Positions 12,961-27,700 of a DNA stretch of 64,000 bases are shown here, one piece after another. Made by a program: the position numbers and the translations under genes. Each line of letters begins with the position of its first letter. Within the stretch, counting starts at the first letter, position 1. Under the pieces are notes generated by a model. It made no database searches. It had not been told where the DNA came from and was given only the letters and a program-made list of their open reading frames with translations. Origin of the DNA: Ptychomitrium polyphyllum (taxonomy: Eukaryota); assembly GCA_973851085.1 (NCBI GenBank), contig OZ316776.1, positions 15,252,001-15,316,000 on the forward strand, in the 5' to 3' direction.

Positions 12961-15900
12961 GAGTGCTGGCAATTCTTCCGTTGTTTTCGATTGACACTAA
13001 AACATCATAGCGGTAACAACGCTATGAGAATAATGAAGACAAGAGGATAGATACCTTGAGTTAGAAAGGATGAGGGAAAAGAAAACGACCAACTTAATCC
13101 AAAGCCCACCATCTATGCTTTTGGTTGCTTTTGCTTCAGGACCTATAAACATTGGTTTCTCAGCCTTGGTAACGTTCCTCAATGGCCTTTGTGAGCACCT
13201 TCTCTCAAAGGGATGGTTCAACTTAAGGTTGAAGAACTTTGTACGCTAACTCACTAAGATTGGACTTATGCCTTCACCACTGCATGTCTTGAATGTTATT
13301 TAGTGTTCAATGCTCATATTTGGCTTTTTGAGGGAAGAGTGAGTTGCTTTAGGCGCAGAAACATGTTATTCTAGTCATATTATTATGATTCGTTTGAATA
13401 AAGTATTGTTTTTTTAAGTTTGGATTGCCGAGTTTGTGGACACTGAACAAACCTACTACATAAAAGATCATAGTTCAAAGTCTGAAATGATACAAAAAAT
13501 GAGTCGTTGCTAGGATTGTTACTTTTTGACATCCTGAGGCTTTTTCCATTTTTGTTGCTACTTGGTTCCACTCCTCTGAACAGTACCCTTACGAGCCCGC
13601 TCGGGCCCCCGAACTGCCCCGGTTGGACCTGCGGATTTTTTCAGTTATCCAGATACACTGAATCTGATAATCAATATTGCTCGTTTGACATTTCTGTTAT
13701 AAAAGTGTCAAATCTGGAAAAAGTAGAATGATCATAAAAATCCTTCACAAAACTTGAATTGTGTTTCAGAGCTTTCCTAATCTGTAAGTTCAAGAGTGGT
13801 CTCCATAATCGAGGAGAAGAATGTTGGATGCTTACAAATCTCCATCCACAACATGGCCATTGCGTAAGGATTTCATAGTGAGAGCAATCTGAACCATAAT
13901 ATTTCGAGCACCTCGGTCAGTCTTAGAATACTGGAGCAGAACATCCATTATGCACGCCTTGAGGTTTGCTGGAAACGTGTTTTTCGGAACAGAATTTTTC
14001 CTTCCCAGAGAGGAGAACCATCTTCTTGAACAAATCTGGACGTTACGAGCTCACCTGCAGACCAAGGGCGTCTTGGCTAGGCATGAAATAATTTGGCAGG
14101 GCCGTGTTCCTTAGGTACTGAATTGGATGCCGAACTTCTCCACTACAAGTCATTATTCTTCAGCTTTTCAGGTGGCTAAGCTAAGAATAGTAATGCTAAT
14201 TCGTTCACTCAATTTGTCTGCAAGCAGAGCGATAGACATTGCAATTACGGTAGACCCTATTACGGTGCCAAAGGAGGAATTTGTTGTCCTCATTCTGCAA
14301 GCATACGTCGCCGGGATCTTTATCCATACAGATTGTGCCAGTAGTCCTGCAATTAGAAGAAGTGCACAAATATCAATGATAATTGCGGGTGTGCATTGGT
14401 GTACAGTACAAGACACATTTTACTTCAATCTGCTTCAATGATCCCTCGTTGAGCTGTTACCGGAATCAAACGGACTGGATTACAAGAAAAATCAAGCATA
14501 CATAATGCAAATTCTGCAGTCTACACTTCTGTGCTTCAAACATTTCATTCTCAAAAATTTCTCTCTATATACCAATCTTCTAATGTTTGCAAGTCTAGAA
14601 GGACCCCTTTATTTCAACACTAGATTTCATGGCAGTTAATTCTGGAGCAGTTCCTGCATATCCACGCCATTGCAATGTACTCCAAGTTGGTCTATGCATA
14701 TCTAACAAACTTAGGAAAATATGAAAAGTAACTAATATTTAAAATATGGATATTAAGAAGGGTGTAAGTATAGTTGAAATTTAGGGGAGAAAAGCCTAAT
14801 TAAAAATCTTCTTCATTCTCATGTTGTTACAAATTACAACATACATTTAAAACAAAATGTAAACGATTTTAATGCACTTTTTGAAACTTGGACTTCAAAT
14901 TTTTCTTCACAAAATTATTTTGTAGTTGAAATTGCAAAAAAATTTAAAAGCATACATAACTTTTATCATTGAACCTTTGTTGAATTTTCAGTTTTTGTAA
15001 TTAATAAGATACCTTCAAGAACTTATGATGTCCAATCTGAAGTCTTAGAAAATAAACAAATAAATGCATCTCTACATTGTCTATACTTCAATCTCTCCAT
15101 TTATTCTTTTTTTCAATGACAACAAACTGATAGTGATTAAATAAGAATGTGCAAAATCAAGGTTGTCTAGTGTTTGGATGCAACCAATACACAAGCGCTT
15201 GGACTGTCACTGGACTTTTGGATTTAACTAAAGGTTTAGATGCAAAGTAACTTAATTATTAGATCGACAGTCGTGGAGTTTTTTGAAGAGGTAAAGATAA
15301 CCTATCCTTTCACCATTCAATGGCAGGACCCAAACATGTCCAAGCTGACATACTTATGAGCAAAACCAATTTGAACATCTATCTTTCTTCAACTTGTCCA
15401 AGTCAAGGTAATTTGTACAATGGTGAAAAAGTTAACGCTGATGTTAGAACTTGGACGAGACATGTAGGATGTGTCCGGATGTCCAGACATCATTATAAGT
15501 GTACAAGCCCCTGGGAGTCCGGAAAGAACAACCCTGTGTAAAATATACAAGCACGTAAACGTTACACAATAGCATGCAACAACCCTACTCAAGTCCGATA
15601 ATACTTCAAGGAAGAGCTGTTGGTCAGTCCGCTTATGATTCACATCCGAATCGATATGCCATATGCACAACCAGCACCTGTATACGTGGCACATGTTGGT
15701 TGCAACTTTAATTTAATCTAAGACCTGCATTTATCAGTACGTAACGACATCCAGCCGTGAACGTTGACTCATATCGTCCTAATAAGTGCCATCTATCTAA
15801 AAAATCCCATAGTTCGTCTCAGGACTTGGTACCAGAATCACTCCTCCTTGGATGAATGGCAGCTATTCTGGAGTGCTTGAGGCTGCAAGTTCATGAGCAA

Positions 15901-16288
15901 TCAGTCCTGTGAAGCTGTGACGTTTGACATGCAAGCCGGCCATTACTTCACATGCAGCGAAAAAACTCATCAATGTACCAGCAAACCCATGAAAATGACA
16001 ATGAACCGACAACAGTGTCCAATGGAGTTTAGCCGAGTTGAAGGAACAAAACTGTCAGGTGATTGATCAGGAGCCGAGTCGCTATTCTAGCAGGCATGGT
16101 ACACAGTGCTGCAAATAATTCGCGCCAGCACTCACATGTGACTCCCTAACGTCGAGTCCTATATCAACTCCATTGATCCACGCTCTTCTCCAAACCACCA
16201 CACTTCTCACTCATATCTCCTCAGCAAGCTTCTCTAATCCAGAGTCTAGGCTTCGTATCCCACAGTTCGGTCCAACAGTTTTGCAAGC

Positions 16289-16745
16289 ATGACGAAGGCG
16301 GCGACAGTCATGAGCGCCCTGACGGTGCTGGTGGTGGCGATGGCATTGATGCAGCAGGTGAGCGCACAGTGCGGCAACGTGAACTCGCTCGTCGGATGCC
16401 TGGCCTCTGCCAGAACGGGCAGCCAGCCCACGGCCGCGTGCTGCAGCGCCATGTCTTCTTTTGCTCAGTATGGCACCCCCGCCGGAGAGGAGTGTCTATG
16501 CCAGGCCATCAGCAACCCCGCCGCCAAGCAGGCGGGTGCAAATCCGCAGTTCGCCATCCAGATCCCCCAGAAGTGCAACCTCAACTATAAGGCCGGATAC
16601 GTCTGCAACGGTATGATCCTACTTCGTTTCATACCTTCTACATAGCATTTTCATTCTTACAATTTGTGTAAACGATGTTTGATATGACGCTGATACTGCT
16701 GGTAATGTGGTTACAGGCATGCCAGTCCCCGGAGGCCACGCTTAA
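16289..16745 (+). CDS. Non-specific lipid transfer protein (8-cysteine motif, type D-like); 2 exons (16289-16610, 16717-16745)
   Basis: Signal peptide, then C-C-CC-CxC-C-C pattern (CGNVNSLVGC..ACC..CLC..IPQKCNL..GYVC). GT-AG intron 4 nt after the last Cys codon; ends NGMPVPGGHA-TAA. Confidence 0.93.
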
Positions 16746-18978
16746 GTTGTTGACAATGGAGGTCGATTGGTGTTGATAAGCGATGGTTCGAGTGAGAGCT
16801 TACTGTTGAGTTGTGAAGCCAGGATTGATATATCAAAGTATCTGTTCAGAGCTAGTTTATGCAACTAGCTAGCACCTAAATTAAACTAGAATAAGAAGTT
16901 GAGCAAGCAGAGATGAAATGCAGTAATGCTTTGTTACAGACGTGATCGACTCAGGCATTTGTGTTTGAGTTTATGGTCTCGGAAGTGAAACAAGTGTTTA
17001 ACTACAACTTGTACGGTCTTGCACGTCTATTGAATTTGTGTTAGCCAGCTCTTGTGCAGGCTTGGGAGACAACGCGAAATATAGCATGATGTCTTCTGAT
17101 TTTGATTCTAGCAAGAGAAATCACTGCATTGGTTGTGTGCAGTACTTATTACTACATCTGGCATGTATGAAAGCTAGGCTGATTCGTTGTGATTGATTTT
17201 GTGGAGCCGTGAGCTCAGACCGCAGCCATCGTTTGCATAAAGTTATATCTTAGATCAAGTACTTCGATATTCTTAACCTGATTCTCGCTCTGCACAATTT
17301 TGCTGGTTTTCCCCTGAAGACCAGCGGTTAGAATGCACGATTAAGAGGCAGTGCGATCAACTACGCATCATTTTGGGTGCTAATATCGGCATGGTACAGG
17401 AGCTGCAATTAACGTCAGGTTCGAGAGTGTAACCGTGTTAAATAGACCCTTGTTCTTGATTCAACTAGTACAATCTCAACGTTTTTAGTGACTCCATAAA
17501 ATTGCAAACGAAAAACGAATTGCTGTATAAGAAGACTACCATGCAATGCAAGAAAACCCAATGTGTACAATGCAACCTGTGTTATCAACTAGCACGCACC
17601 ATTTCGTGTTTTAGACATAGAGCTTTCCAGTAGTGATTCAACACAACATCAATCTTGCAATGCCAAACCCTCAAGCCTGGATGGGCGCATGACATTCAAT
17701 AAAAATATGACTAAATAGTTTCATGTTCAAGACTTGATCCCGATTGGCTCGATTCTACCATAGCCCTCACAGGCATCTCTCAAGCATAGGCAACCACGTC
17801 ATTTTTGTCGTAATGCTGAATAATTCACAGCAAAGCAGCAACAAGGCTCAAGCTACACCCCTAAACAAGCGAGCTGAAACAACTAGCAATGCATCAACTT
17901 GAACAATTACAATAACCGACAGCATTTGACTCATAACAAATGCTTCGTCTCCAGTACTCTACTTCGTCAGCGTCGATCACTTTGGCTCTGTTATCTAAGA
18001 AATGTTAGTATCGATTGGGTAGCCGCAGGAGACTTTCAGTTGATGACGAGGCCAGTTCGAACTGTGATCAATCCGTGAGGATCATGCGTTGATCAACGAA
18101 ATGGCGCTGATGATTCATGTTGATCAAAGTGTGTTGGTCAGTATCAACACCTTTGCGTTGATTAACTCCACAAACCATGCACCATATGAATTCACTCTTT
18201 AGCTCATTCACGTAACTTCTTTCTCACTCCCGGTCATTTTTCCCGAGATCAACTTCCACATATGTAGACTTTGGGAGCAATTGCAAGTCTTTCAAAATAT
18301 CCACTGCTTTGCATTCATTTAGATTTTGCCAGTGACGTTTAATCAGACTGTGAAGACACCTGAATCTGTACATCTTGATATTCATACATTTCTAAGCAAG
18401 TGCATGACTATGCAACATAAGCAAATGAAGATTTTCAAAAGGGTAGATTTATGTCACTGGATGAATCCACGTACACTTATGATGTTTCTCAAAGTACATG
18501 CTGCGTTCCGAAGATCATGTGACCATCCTGTGCAAGTAATTGACCATACTGTCAAGTATTATGTTTCAGAAACAAACACGTACCGGTTATCTGACCGTAC
18601 TGTCTAATATTTACAAAATGCAAACATCCTATAGCCTGCATATTCTGAAACATACAAAACAGTGGTTTCATTGATTCTAGGATATCTAGTAAATTCTTGA
18701 GTACCACATTCATTGAGAGATTGGGTTTATCATAAGCCTGCCCATCTGCCTCCGTTTGTCTCTAGGCAAGGACGTTTAATGTAATTTTCAATGATGAATG
18801 TAAGTTATTATATCTAAGCTGCCATGGTGCCTTTTAGGAGATAATATGGGCCAATTCAAATAGTCCAAGGATAAGCAAAAAGTGCATGCTTGACAATGCA
18901 CAAGTACTTAGCAGCCTCTCTTTCCATTCAACGTACACCTTGTTCCACTTCATATAGTCATTTCCTATTATGGACATA

Positions 18979-20700
18979 TGTTAGAAACTTCTAGAAAGAA
19001 TAAAAAGGTCCAACAAGGTTCCTAAAAGATTTAGGCATATCCAAGAAGTTGTTGAAGAAACTATCTTGGTCTTAAAGTGTTCCAACAAGTTAAGAAAACT
19101 TCTAAAGTAGTTTCAACAACATATTTCTTGTAATTTAGCTCAAGATTTTTAACTTTGTACCTTGTCATGAATTATAATTCTTAATTTGAAACCTAATCAT
19201 TCCATTTCTCTATCTTAAATTGTTATCTTGTATTTTGATTTGTAATATTTTATTGAGATTGTTTACAAATAATATAAAAGCCCGATTATTTTTATAGAGT
19301 ATGGATTATTCTTCTATTGAAAAGTACTCTGGCACTTGAGAAATTTTAAATTACCCTCTTATAAATTGACATTGTTTTCTATCTCAAAAATTTGTATTGG
19401 ATCATGCCTATATAAAATCCTTTTTTTAATATTATCTTCCATTAGTATGGTTAAAAATAAAATTATCATCAATATTAGATTAAAAAATTTAACCTCAATC
19501 ATGAATGTTATTGAAGTTTTGTAAATTATAACAAAAATAATATTAAAGAAAAATGAAGAATTGTGTTGGACATTTGACAATTAAAGATTAGGGACATTGT
19601 AACAAGTACAATATATGGCCTTTAGAGCCTCTATACTACAAACATCAAGACCTACTCAAGCTCAAGCAAATGAACCATTGTTTAAAGTAGCAATTTGGAA
19701 ACTAAAGAGCTAAAAATCAACCTATAACAAAACTTTAATAATACATGTTTCAAATTTTGAGGCTTTATCAACCAAGTACAATTGAATACCTTGCTCCAAC
19801 CACAATAATATTTTATTGAAGCATCAAATGTTGAAGTAGTTAAACATTTTCTTTTAAAACAAGCTTTGTCATGGTTTGTTCCATTTTTTGAGAAGAACCC
19901 TCTTATATTAGTTAGCTTTGATGCTTTTCTAAAATCATTTGCAAAAACATCTAATAACCATGATAAATTTCACTTCAAGCCTTTCTTTAAATAAGAATAT
20001 AACAACTATTGTAAAGAAGGCTTGTCTTTTTATAGTAAAAAATCTAATCATAAAACTGATAGCTATAAAAAAAACCAACACATGCATTGAATGAAAAGTG
20101 CATCCATACTAACTATTGCCATGTTAAAAAACAAGGATATCTAATTACAATAGGAATTATACGATTTGAAATCTTTTATTTTACAAGCTAAGAAAGGGCT
20201 TATAATTTTATCGAGTCCTTTTCATTACTTTATTCAGATAAATTTGTTTGGATCTTATAAAGGTGAAATGTAAGGCTCTATTAGATTCAAAAACCTCTGC
20301 ATGTTTTATGGATAAAGAATTTTGTAGATTGCATAAAGTTCCTACAATTCAAAAGCCTTAAGCCATACATATAGAGGTTGTAGATAGCCAATTCTATCCT
20401 TTGGAGATGTGATTCATGAAAATATCTCATTAGAAGTATTATTTGACAGCCATAGTAGCCAAGTGGTATTCAACATCATTAAATTGCCATCAAATCCAAT
20501 CATTTCAAAACTTTCATGACTGAAAGAAATATAATTCACAAATAGGTTGAGCATCCAATAAAATAGTAAATTTTAGAATAGAGCTTGCTATTACTAAACC
20601 AAAAAGTGAACATTTCATGCATCAAAAGTGAAAAGACTATAAGCCTGTTGTTTATTGGAGCAAGAATATGATGTGGAGTGCATCACCACAAATAAACTAC
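18979..20700 (+). mobile_element. Degenerate Ty3/gypsy LTR retrotransposon (candidate LTR ~18979-19604, gag and protease relics)
   Basis: Decayed gag ALSWFVPFFEKNPLILVSFDAFLKSFAKT at ~19862-19950; protease-like KALLDS..ACFMDKEF at ~20272-20325; TG...ACA-bounded AT-rich segment upstream; many stops and frameshifts. Boundaries are approximate. Confidence 0.65.
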
Positions 20701-20748
20701 CTGCCAGTCTATCAACCAAAATAAACTACCTGCCAGTTTATCAACCAA
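20692..20748 (+). repeat. 29-bp tandem duplication (ataaactacctgccagt[c/t]tatcaaccaa x2)
   Basis: Two adjacent near-identical copies, read directly. Confidence 0.9.
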
Positions 20749-21049
20749 GCTTCTGGAGAGGACCAAATTTGAAGCTGAGAGAACCGAGGTGAACTTAAAG
20801 GATTCTGACAAAGTACAAATTCTTACTAATTAGCGTTCACAGAAATGATGGCGTAGGGAGTAAACTTCAAATGAGGATTCAGAGAAGCTACTCTCTGAAT
20901 CATAGTGCGAGTCGCAGGTAGTTCCATACTCATACCGTTTGAGGAACGGATCTCAGTCAGGATATGTCAATATATGCTTCCTCGTTAGTTCTGTTTTTTT
21001 TTCTGGGCCAGTGAGCAGCTGTGACCGGGTTTCGAGACCAAGGCCCAAC

Positions 21050-21793
21050 GTACTTTAGATCGTCGAGCACCCAGTTGACTGGAGTCTAAGAAACAGGGGA
21101 GGCTTTGCGTCACAGGAGGGGGCTTGAGAAGTGGTTCTCGTGAGAGAAGATGACCAGGATCCGTGACAATCGTGCTTGACTCAGCAAGCATGTCTCTCAA
21201 GCAATGAGTTCGGCCTCTACCTAATCTCCAAGACACCGTTGTCTCTTGTCAGATCTGGCTAGATGCTGAAGGAAACCAGACAATTTAGTTTGGACGATTT
21301 CAAGGACATCTCAACTAATGGTTCTCCTCACAAATCTCTTGCGGCTGCGACTTACCGGAAGGGGCCGCCACTAGCAGACAGCTTGGACCGACTATGCTTC
21401 TCGATGAGCTCATAACTTAGGGGAGGCAGCATAGTGGCACCTGGAGACGGCGCCACCACCGCAACTGCGGTTGCAAGACAGGTTCAACCGCGACCACCTG
21501 CACCTCTGGTTCTATTAAATCCTCGGGGTGAACGTCAGGATTCAGAAGGGGCGCACCCACTCGGTTTCGTGTTGCACATTCTTGTACCCACCTCGTCACC
21601 TATCCAACTTGACGAGGGTCATGTTGAACGTAATGCTCACGACTTGATTATCTGTGATAACTTCCTAATTACTCTTAGTTGCTTGGTTTGTAATCTTAGT
21701 CTAGCTTTTTGCTTTAGAATCGCATGTACCTTTCCTTTTCAATGAACTGTTCCAGTTCCCTAGAGTGAGTCTCTGTGAGTAATGCATTCATCA
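21050..21793 (+). mobile_element. Possible 3' end of a Ty1/copia-like element with a short LTR-like segment (~21622-21793)
   Basis: cttgacgagggtcaTGTTGA resembles a copia polypurine tract/LTR junction; the segment ends ...ttcatCA. No intact pol motif recognised. Confidence 0.3.
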
Positions 21794-24700
21794 ATGGTGA
21801 GGAGCAGAGAAGCGATTTTTTGTAGAAAGGTTTGCAGGTTGGTATAACAAACAAAGCGATTCAGCCAGTCCACTTCAAAGTATCTATTTGTGCTTCATAT
21901 GGTTATGCCTCTTAGAAGCATTGCAGTGAACAGCAGATGTTTATACGAACTTGGGCTCCATTCAATCACGAGCCATTGAGAATTCACTAAATCCAACAAA
22001 TATGTTGTTTAATACTTTTTGTGCACTTGAACAAAGGTCCTAGCCTAAGCCCAGAAGTGATAAGAATGGTCTGTTTCCGATTACTTAATTCTGTTAATTC
22101 AGATTTGCAATTCTTCACAAAACGAGTTGTTTCTCTGCATCGCAATCCTGATGGATACCTTCCTATAAGCTTTCCGAGCAAATCAAGATAAAAATAAGTT
22201 TCGGAGAGTTGCAAACCTCCAAGTGTTTATGGAAGAGTTCAATTTGAGAAACACGTTTGGCCTTTATGGATTAAAATGTGTAGGAAGCCTGGGAAGCTGC
22301 TGGCATGGTTTGCAACTCAATTCAAAGTTACATGACCGAGCTCTCAGCAACCAGCATCACAGTATGAGAGAACGCGTTGACTGGAGTGGCAATCATCCAG
22401 CTCGGCGCAGGCAACAAGGAATTCGCCTTGATCAAGTGAAGAATTGCAACTCATAATAATATCTTTAAGCCTATTTATTTGCTGCATTTTCTGTCAAGAA
22501 GTAAACATGTATTAACCCTCAGAGTGTTTCATGCTCCAGTGTGTTGTAGTGCTATTGATACTGGGTTTGAAGCATGTACTATCTCAAGTCAAGCTTATTG
22601 AAATTTAAATGCTGGAAACAGGCACGCGGCCGTTGCAAGGTGATAAGTGGACTTCTGTCTAGATGTGGATAGCAGCTGTATATATTACAGGTATAAATGA
22701 AATAAATACTGCAGGTTCTACCAGTAGCTCTAATAGAATCGAATTAGCTCTGCAGATTGTGGAAGTTGCTCAATAATTTCTAGGTGTCGCAGCAGAACTT
22801 CTGGTATCACAGGATAACTATGAAAAGTTAGAGAAGCAACAGCAGGGTGCTTGAGGGGTGAATTTTTATAAAGTGATTTCTAGAGGTTCTCTCAGTTGTA
22901 TTATCGACTAGTTCTGGCAATGCAAGAAACTGACTCTTGCGCATCTTGAATGTGTGCAGAACTCTGTTCTACTGTCAAGGTTTCAAGGTCGCAGAAGAGC
23001 TGCAAAATTTATCATTCCTTGCCTTGGCTTGTGTTTCCTAACTTGGACAATATCAAAGACATCTCGGGTACCTTTGTGAATCTCTACTGAAACGCTACCT
23101 TATCTAGAGCCAACACGAGGGATTGTATTTCAACTGTTCCATAACTACAAATATTCACAATCTCGCAACAGGACTTCATCGGATTTGATCTCCGTGCATC
23201 AAAGAAGAATAAGTACTCTATTGAATGAGAACAGTTCAGATATTCCTAGCAAACACTTATCAGAGACTGCTACACAGAAGATGTCTAACGACGATGACCT
23301 TCGAGGACAAGGTGTTGATGTTAGTCCTCCTTTGCAATATGATCGGTCGTTGAAGAGAAGGATGGGACGGCCAAGGGTAGCACACCATCGACCCCAAAAT
23401 CTAGGGCGTTGGCCTACTCTCGGTGGGCGACGGGAATTTAATCAGGAGATTTCTTGAAATCTGAAACAGCTTCGTGATTTGTAAACGAAACGAAGAGCTT
23501 TACAAAGGGTTTCAAGAAGACGTCAAACATCCGTGTGATAGCGAGCACAAATACAAATGCATATTGGATAGCGAATATGGAAATATTCGTACAGTAGAAG
23601 GTCGTCGGGGACGATTGCTTTGAAGCAAGAGGTGGTTCTCATTCGCATGTGCGCTTTGCATTCGGGTACGTTGGTAGTTGTCGCTATATTGAAGCTCATA
23701 ATTACTTTTAATGATTAGGAACGTGGTAAAGGCACAACTTGTCCTCCTCCAAATGCATTTTTTTTTACTGAACGCAAATAAAATTTAATTGCAAACCTGC
23801 ACCCTATGTAACAGTGGGCTCTGCAAACTAAAACATATAGGTTCATAGGTTGTGGTTTTAGGTTGACAACTTGGGTTAGCAGGTGTGCCGACAAGGGGAT
23901 GACAAAATTACAGTGAAAGAAGGCCAAACTACTGCGCACACAGATGAATTTATAGATTTAGGTTCTCATTAGCCAGATGATCCGCAGGGGCTCGTCTCAG
24001 AAGACGTTATTGCTGTACGCTTGGAACCAGCAAGTCTTCGAGACATAGGCCGAGCAGTAGGCTCTGACGTACCAGAACAACTGGTTTTTTACTTCGGAAA
24101 CTCATATTCAACACAACATGCACGCACAATTTGGACAGGCAATATTCCACCCGATCCTGAGTATGTTGCTAACTTGAAGAATAACGTCATTATGAGGTAG
24201 TAGTGTAAGTCATTTCTCCATTCTGTCGCGAGTACAGAGAGTTGAAGGGACACAGGATGAAAGTCCACAAATGTGCTTTTGTTGGGGGTTACAATCGCTT
24301 TTTCACTTCTGAATGTATTGCTTTCCCATATAACACTTGCATTCGTATGTATCTCGTATCGAATGGACGCATAGGAGAATTTAAATAGACCTTGATCATA
24401 GGTCTATGACAGACGTATGTCCTTTGAAGTTATTGATTGAAGAGTGGTCCTTGTAGGTTTTCAAAATGCAATACTTCAATTTCAGTTTGCAAATCGGTGG
24501 TGTGCACAGGAAATATGATGCTATGTACTTGGGAATACTGACAGGAATCAGATATCAAAAGACGATTCTGCCTCTGAAAGCGGGTAGAAGAAAGTGAGAT
24601 ACTGGGGTACAGACGGGTTTTGACACCAGAAGCGGTCGATCTTACTCCACAAAAAAAATATCTGACGCATTTGAATCAGTTGTGAGTAAGCACAACCATC

Positions 24701-27700
24701 ATAACCTTGATTTCCAGGTAGTCGCTTCCTAAGGAATGTTTGATGAAGCAACAAACACCTCTAGTCTTCCAAGGATTGGAAAGACAGCTTGTGTACTGCT
24801 CACGTTTCGTGAAAACTTCATAGATTATTCAACCAGTGTTCACTGAATATGTAGGATGCTGCTGGAGAAAGAGGCTAAAAGCAAGGGGTACTTGAGAACG
24901 GAAGATTCAGACGAATTTGTGGAAAAAGAAAGGAGAAAGTGTTGGTCAATGTTCTGACTTCAAACTTTCGTACAGCGCTCTGCACACCATGAGCAGTATG
25001 TTTTTTGACTCATCTACTCATTGAGACTTCTTATCGCCTTTGGTTTGGTCGATCTCAAGTGCCTGAAACTGCTTCACGCCTCCAAACCACTGTGCAGAAA
25101 AATCTTCTGGGAGAATCACTGTTCCATATTCCAGGCCTAACAAAACTGAAGGGAAAACAACCGTGCAGATGATGCTCCTGTGCTGTAAGGCAAGTTACTC
25201 CTAACATGTCTTTAAATTAGCACGCTGGATGGTTTCCCATGGTTGTCATGCAACAGCAAACAGACCTTCAGTGAATGATTTCGGACACCTTGTCCTCATG
25301 TTCTCATCTCTTGCTAGTAACCATGACACCACATCTAGCACGGTCATCAAGCCAAAACACTACATCACCTCTGATATGCACGTGATCCTCGGCTCATGTA
25401 TGTAACTGTGAATGTCAAAACACAGAACAAACCATGAAGCCTTAAAGGTGTGCTTTGTTCATTGAACACAGGGGACATGATAGTAAACCAGGAGAATAGC
25501 TCTTTTTCTTTTCTGTATTTCATTTAACACTATGTTCATTGGGATTTGTTAGAATGGGACAAAACAATAGTTTTGGAACTATAACAATAACTTCTTTAGG
25601 TTCAAAAAAAATTGAGCTAAACTGTATATCCAAGGAATTTTTTTTAATTTTTCTGTTTTATTGTGTAAAATTTTGGTATTGATTGTGGTGAAGATTAAGA
25701 ATTTCAACTTGACTTGAGCTAAATCGTGTATTTTGAAAATTGTTCAATTGTAAATCTCATGGTTTCTAACCAGCTTTTTGTTGTAATGATTGTTTGTTGG
25801 CAAAGAATTTGCTATACAATTTCAAAAATATGGCAAATTTAATTCCTTTTAGATTTATTTTATTCCAAAGATTAGTTTAAAACTTTCAAATTTTTCATTA
25901 TATTGAATATGATGCTATGTGATGTAAGTATACAAACTAGAACATGGTAGTTTGTACCATTTATTTTTATTTTTTTTCATGCAAATAATACTCCATTGTC
26001 AATATGGACACAAAGTCCTAATTTGATAGTCAGTACCTTAGGTAAAGAGATCTTCTATGTTTTGCGGATACCAACTTTATTATTCTTTGAAGATCTAATT
26101 ATGAATAATTTGCTAATACTTGGCCCTTGAAAATACAAAAGAACTTGTTTCAACCTGCTTAAAGAAACAAAATTTTGGTTTTGGCAATCTTGAAGGTTCA
26201 AAAAAAGGTTATGTTATTTTTGTTAGATAATGATTTTATTGTAAAGAGGAAAATAAAGGCCTCAAATATGTCAAAGAATGTATGAGTGAAAAATATTTTA
26301 TATTTTAACATATCAAATAACTAAGGCTTTGAATGAGTGATAAGATTGCCTATTCATTATACATTGTAGCCATCGTACAGCATAGTTTTAAAAAATTTGA
26401 AATTTAGAATCTAAGTTGTTGTAAAAATAATCAATAAATATCAATTGGAAGTTGATTATTTACTAATAGGGTATGACTTTGTTCTTTTGTATGTTAGATT
26501 TATTAAAGCTTAAAACAAATTTGTCACCAAATTACCTTTTTTGTTATAGCACTTATTCATGCTATTTCTTTAATTAAGTACGACTATAATATTAACATAA
26601 ATCACTTATTAATATAATGATTTAGTTCTAAAATTTACTATTCAAAATGTAAATGGTTTCCAATTCCAGCAAAAGCAATAAAAGGAACTGTAATTATCTT
26701 CAATCATAACTTGAAATAAATAGGGTGGCATATTCTGAAATCTTGTGATAATATTAGAAGATCTTGAATTATACAATTTGATATTTTCCAATATTTTCAA
26801 TCATTCTTTAAAATTCTGTATTCACTAATTTTTTTAATAACACTATTTTTTAATACTTAACAATTAAAAAGTACTAATTTCAATGAATGCTACAAAATTA
26901 AAATTTTGAACAGTTTATTGTAGTAATCAAAAAAAATTAAATCATTATAAAGCTAAATGATTTGTAATGTGTTAAATCATTTTATTATTCAATAAAAAAA
27001 TTCTTCACATATTTTGGTTACATAGTTTAGGTTTGGATCGAGGTTAGCCATACAAAAATTGGTAGAATATAAAATAATTGGAGGCAAAAAACGGAGGAAA
27101 ATGAAGTTGTGAAAAATGTAATGGAAGTAAATGTAGTGATTCAAAATTTCATAAACTAGTGGATTAGTGGTACTAGAAGGGAGGGTGAAATTACTAAAAA
27201 ATTTAAAAAATTCTGGTGAAAAATAGGCTCAATGTATGGCAAAATCTTTTGAAAATCTTATTCTCATTTACAATTCATCAAAATTTTACTATCTTGCTTG
27301 CATGGTTTTCAACACAGTACTTTATCCTCAAGAAATGTTTTCTTTGAAAAAATATCTTTATTTTTCAATCTTCATAGTAGTAGTAGTAAGCTAACAAATC
27401 TTATACAAACCTAGGAGTTAAACAGCCACCACTTGCAAGGAGCTCACAAATATTCTTTATACACTGAGTTTGCATGGATATGCTTAATTTTACACCACCA
27501 TTCGTACTACGCTACCATACTATAAACTATAAACGTTGGAGTTGGAAGTTGTATGAGTGAAGCTGGCAGCTACATAGGTTACTCATCCAAAAGCTTTGTC
27601 ATAGGATCATGCACAGGACATTGAAATAAACTTTGGGGACCATTTTTGCTATCTGGAAAGGAATATTGAAACACAGTCACAGCAAGAGTGACTCAACTTT

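Noticed and set aside
14127..14441. Hydrophobic ORFs on both strands
   Set aside because: No recognisable family or clear gene structure; possibly a decayed fragment.
17900..18330. Exon-like minus-strand stretch with recurring tgatca
   Set aside because: Contains stops; no periodicity or family evidence.
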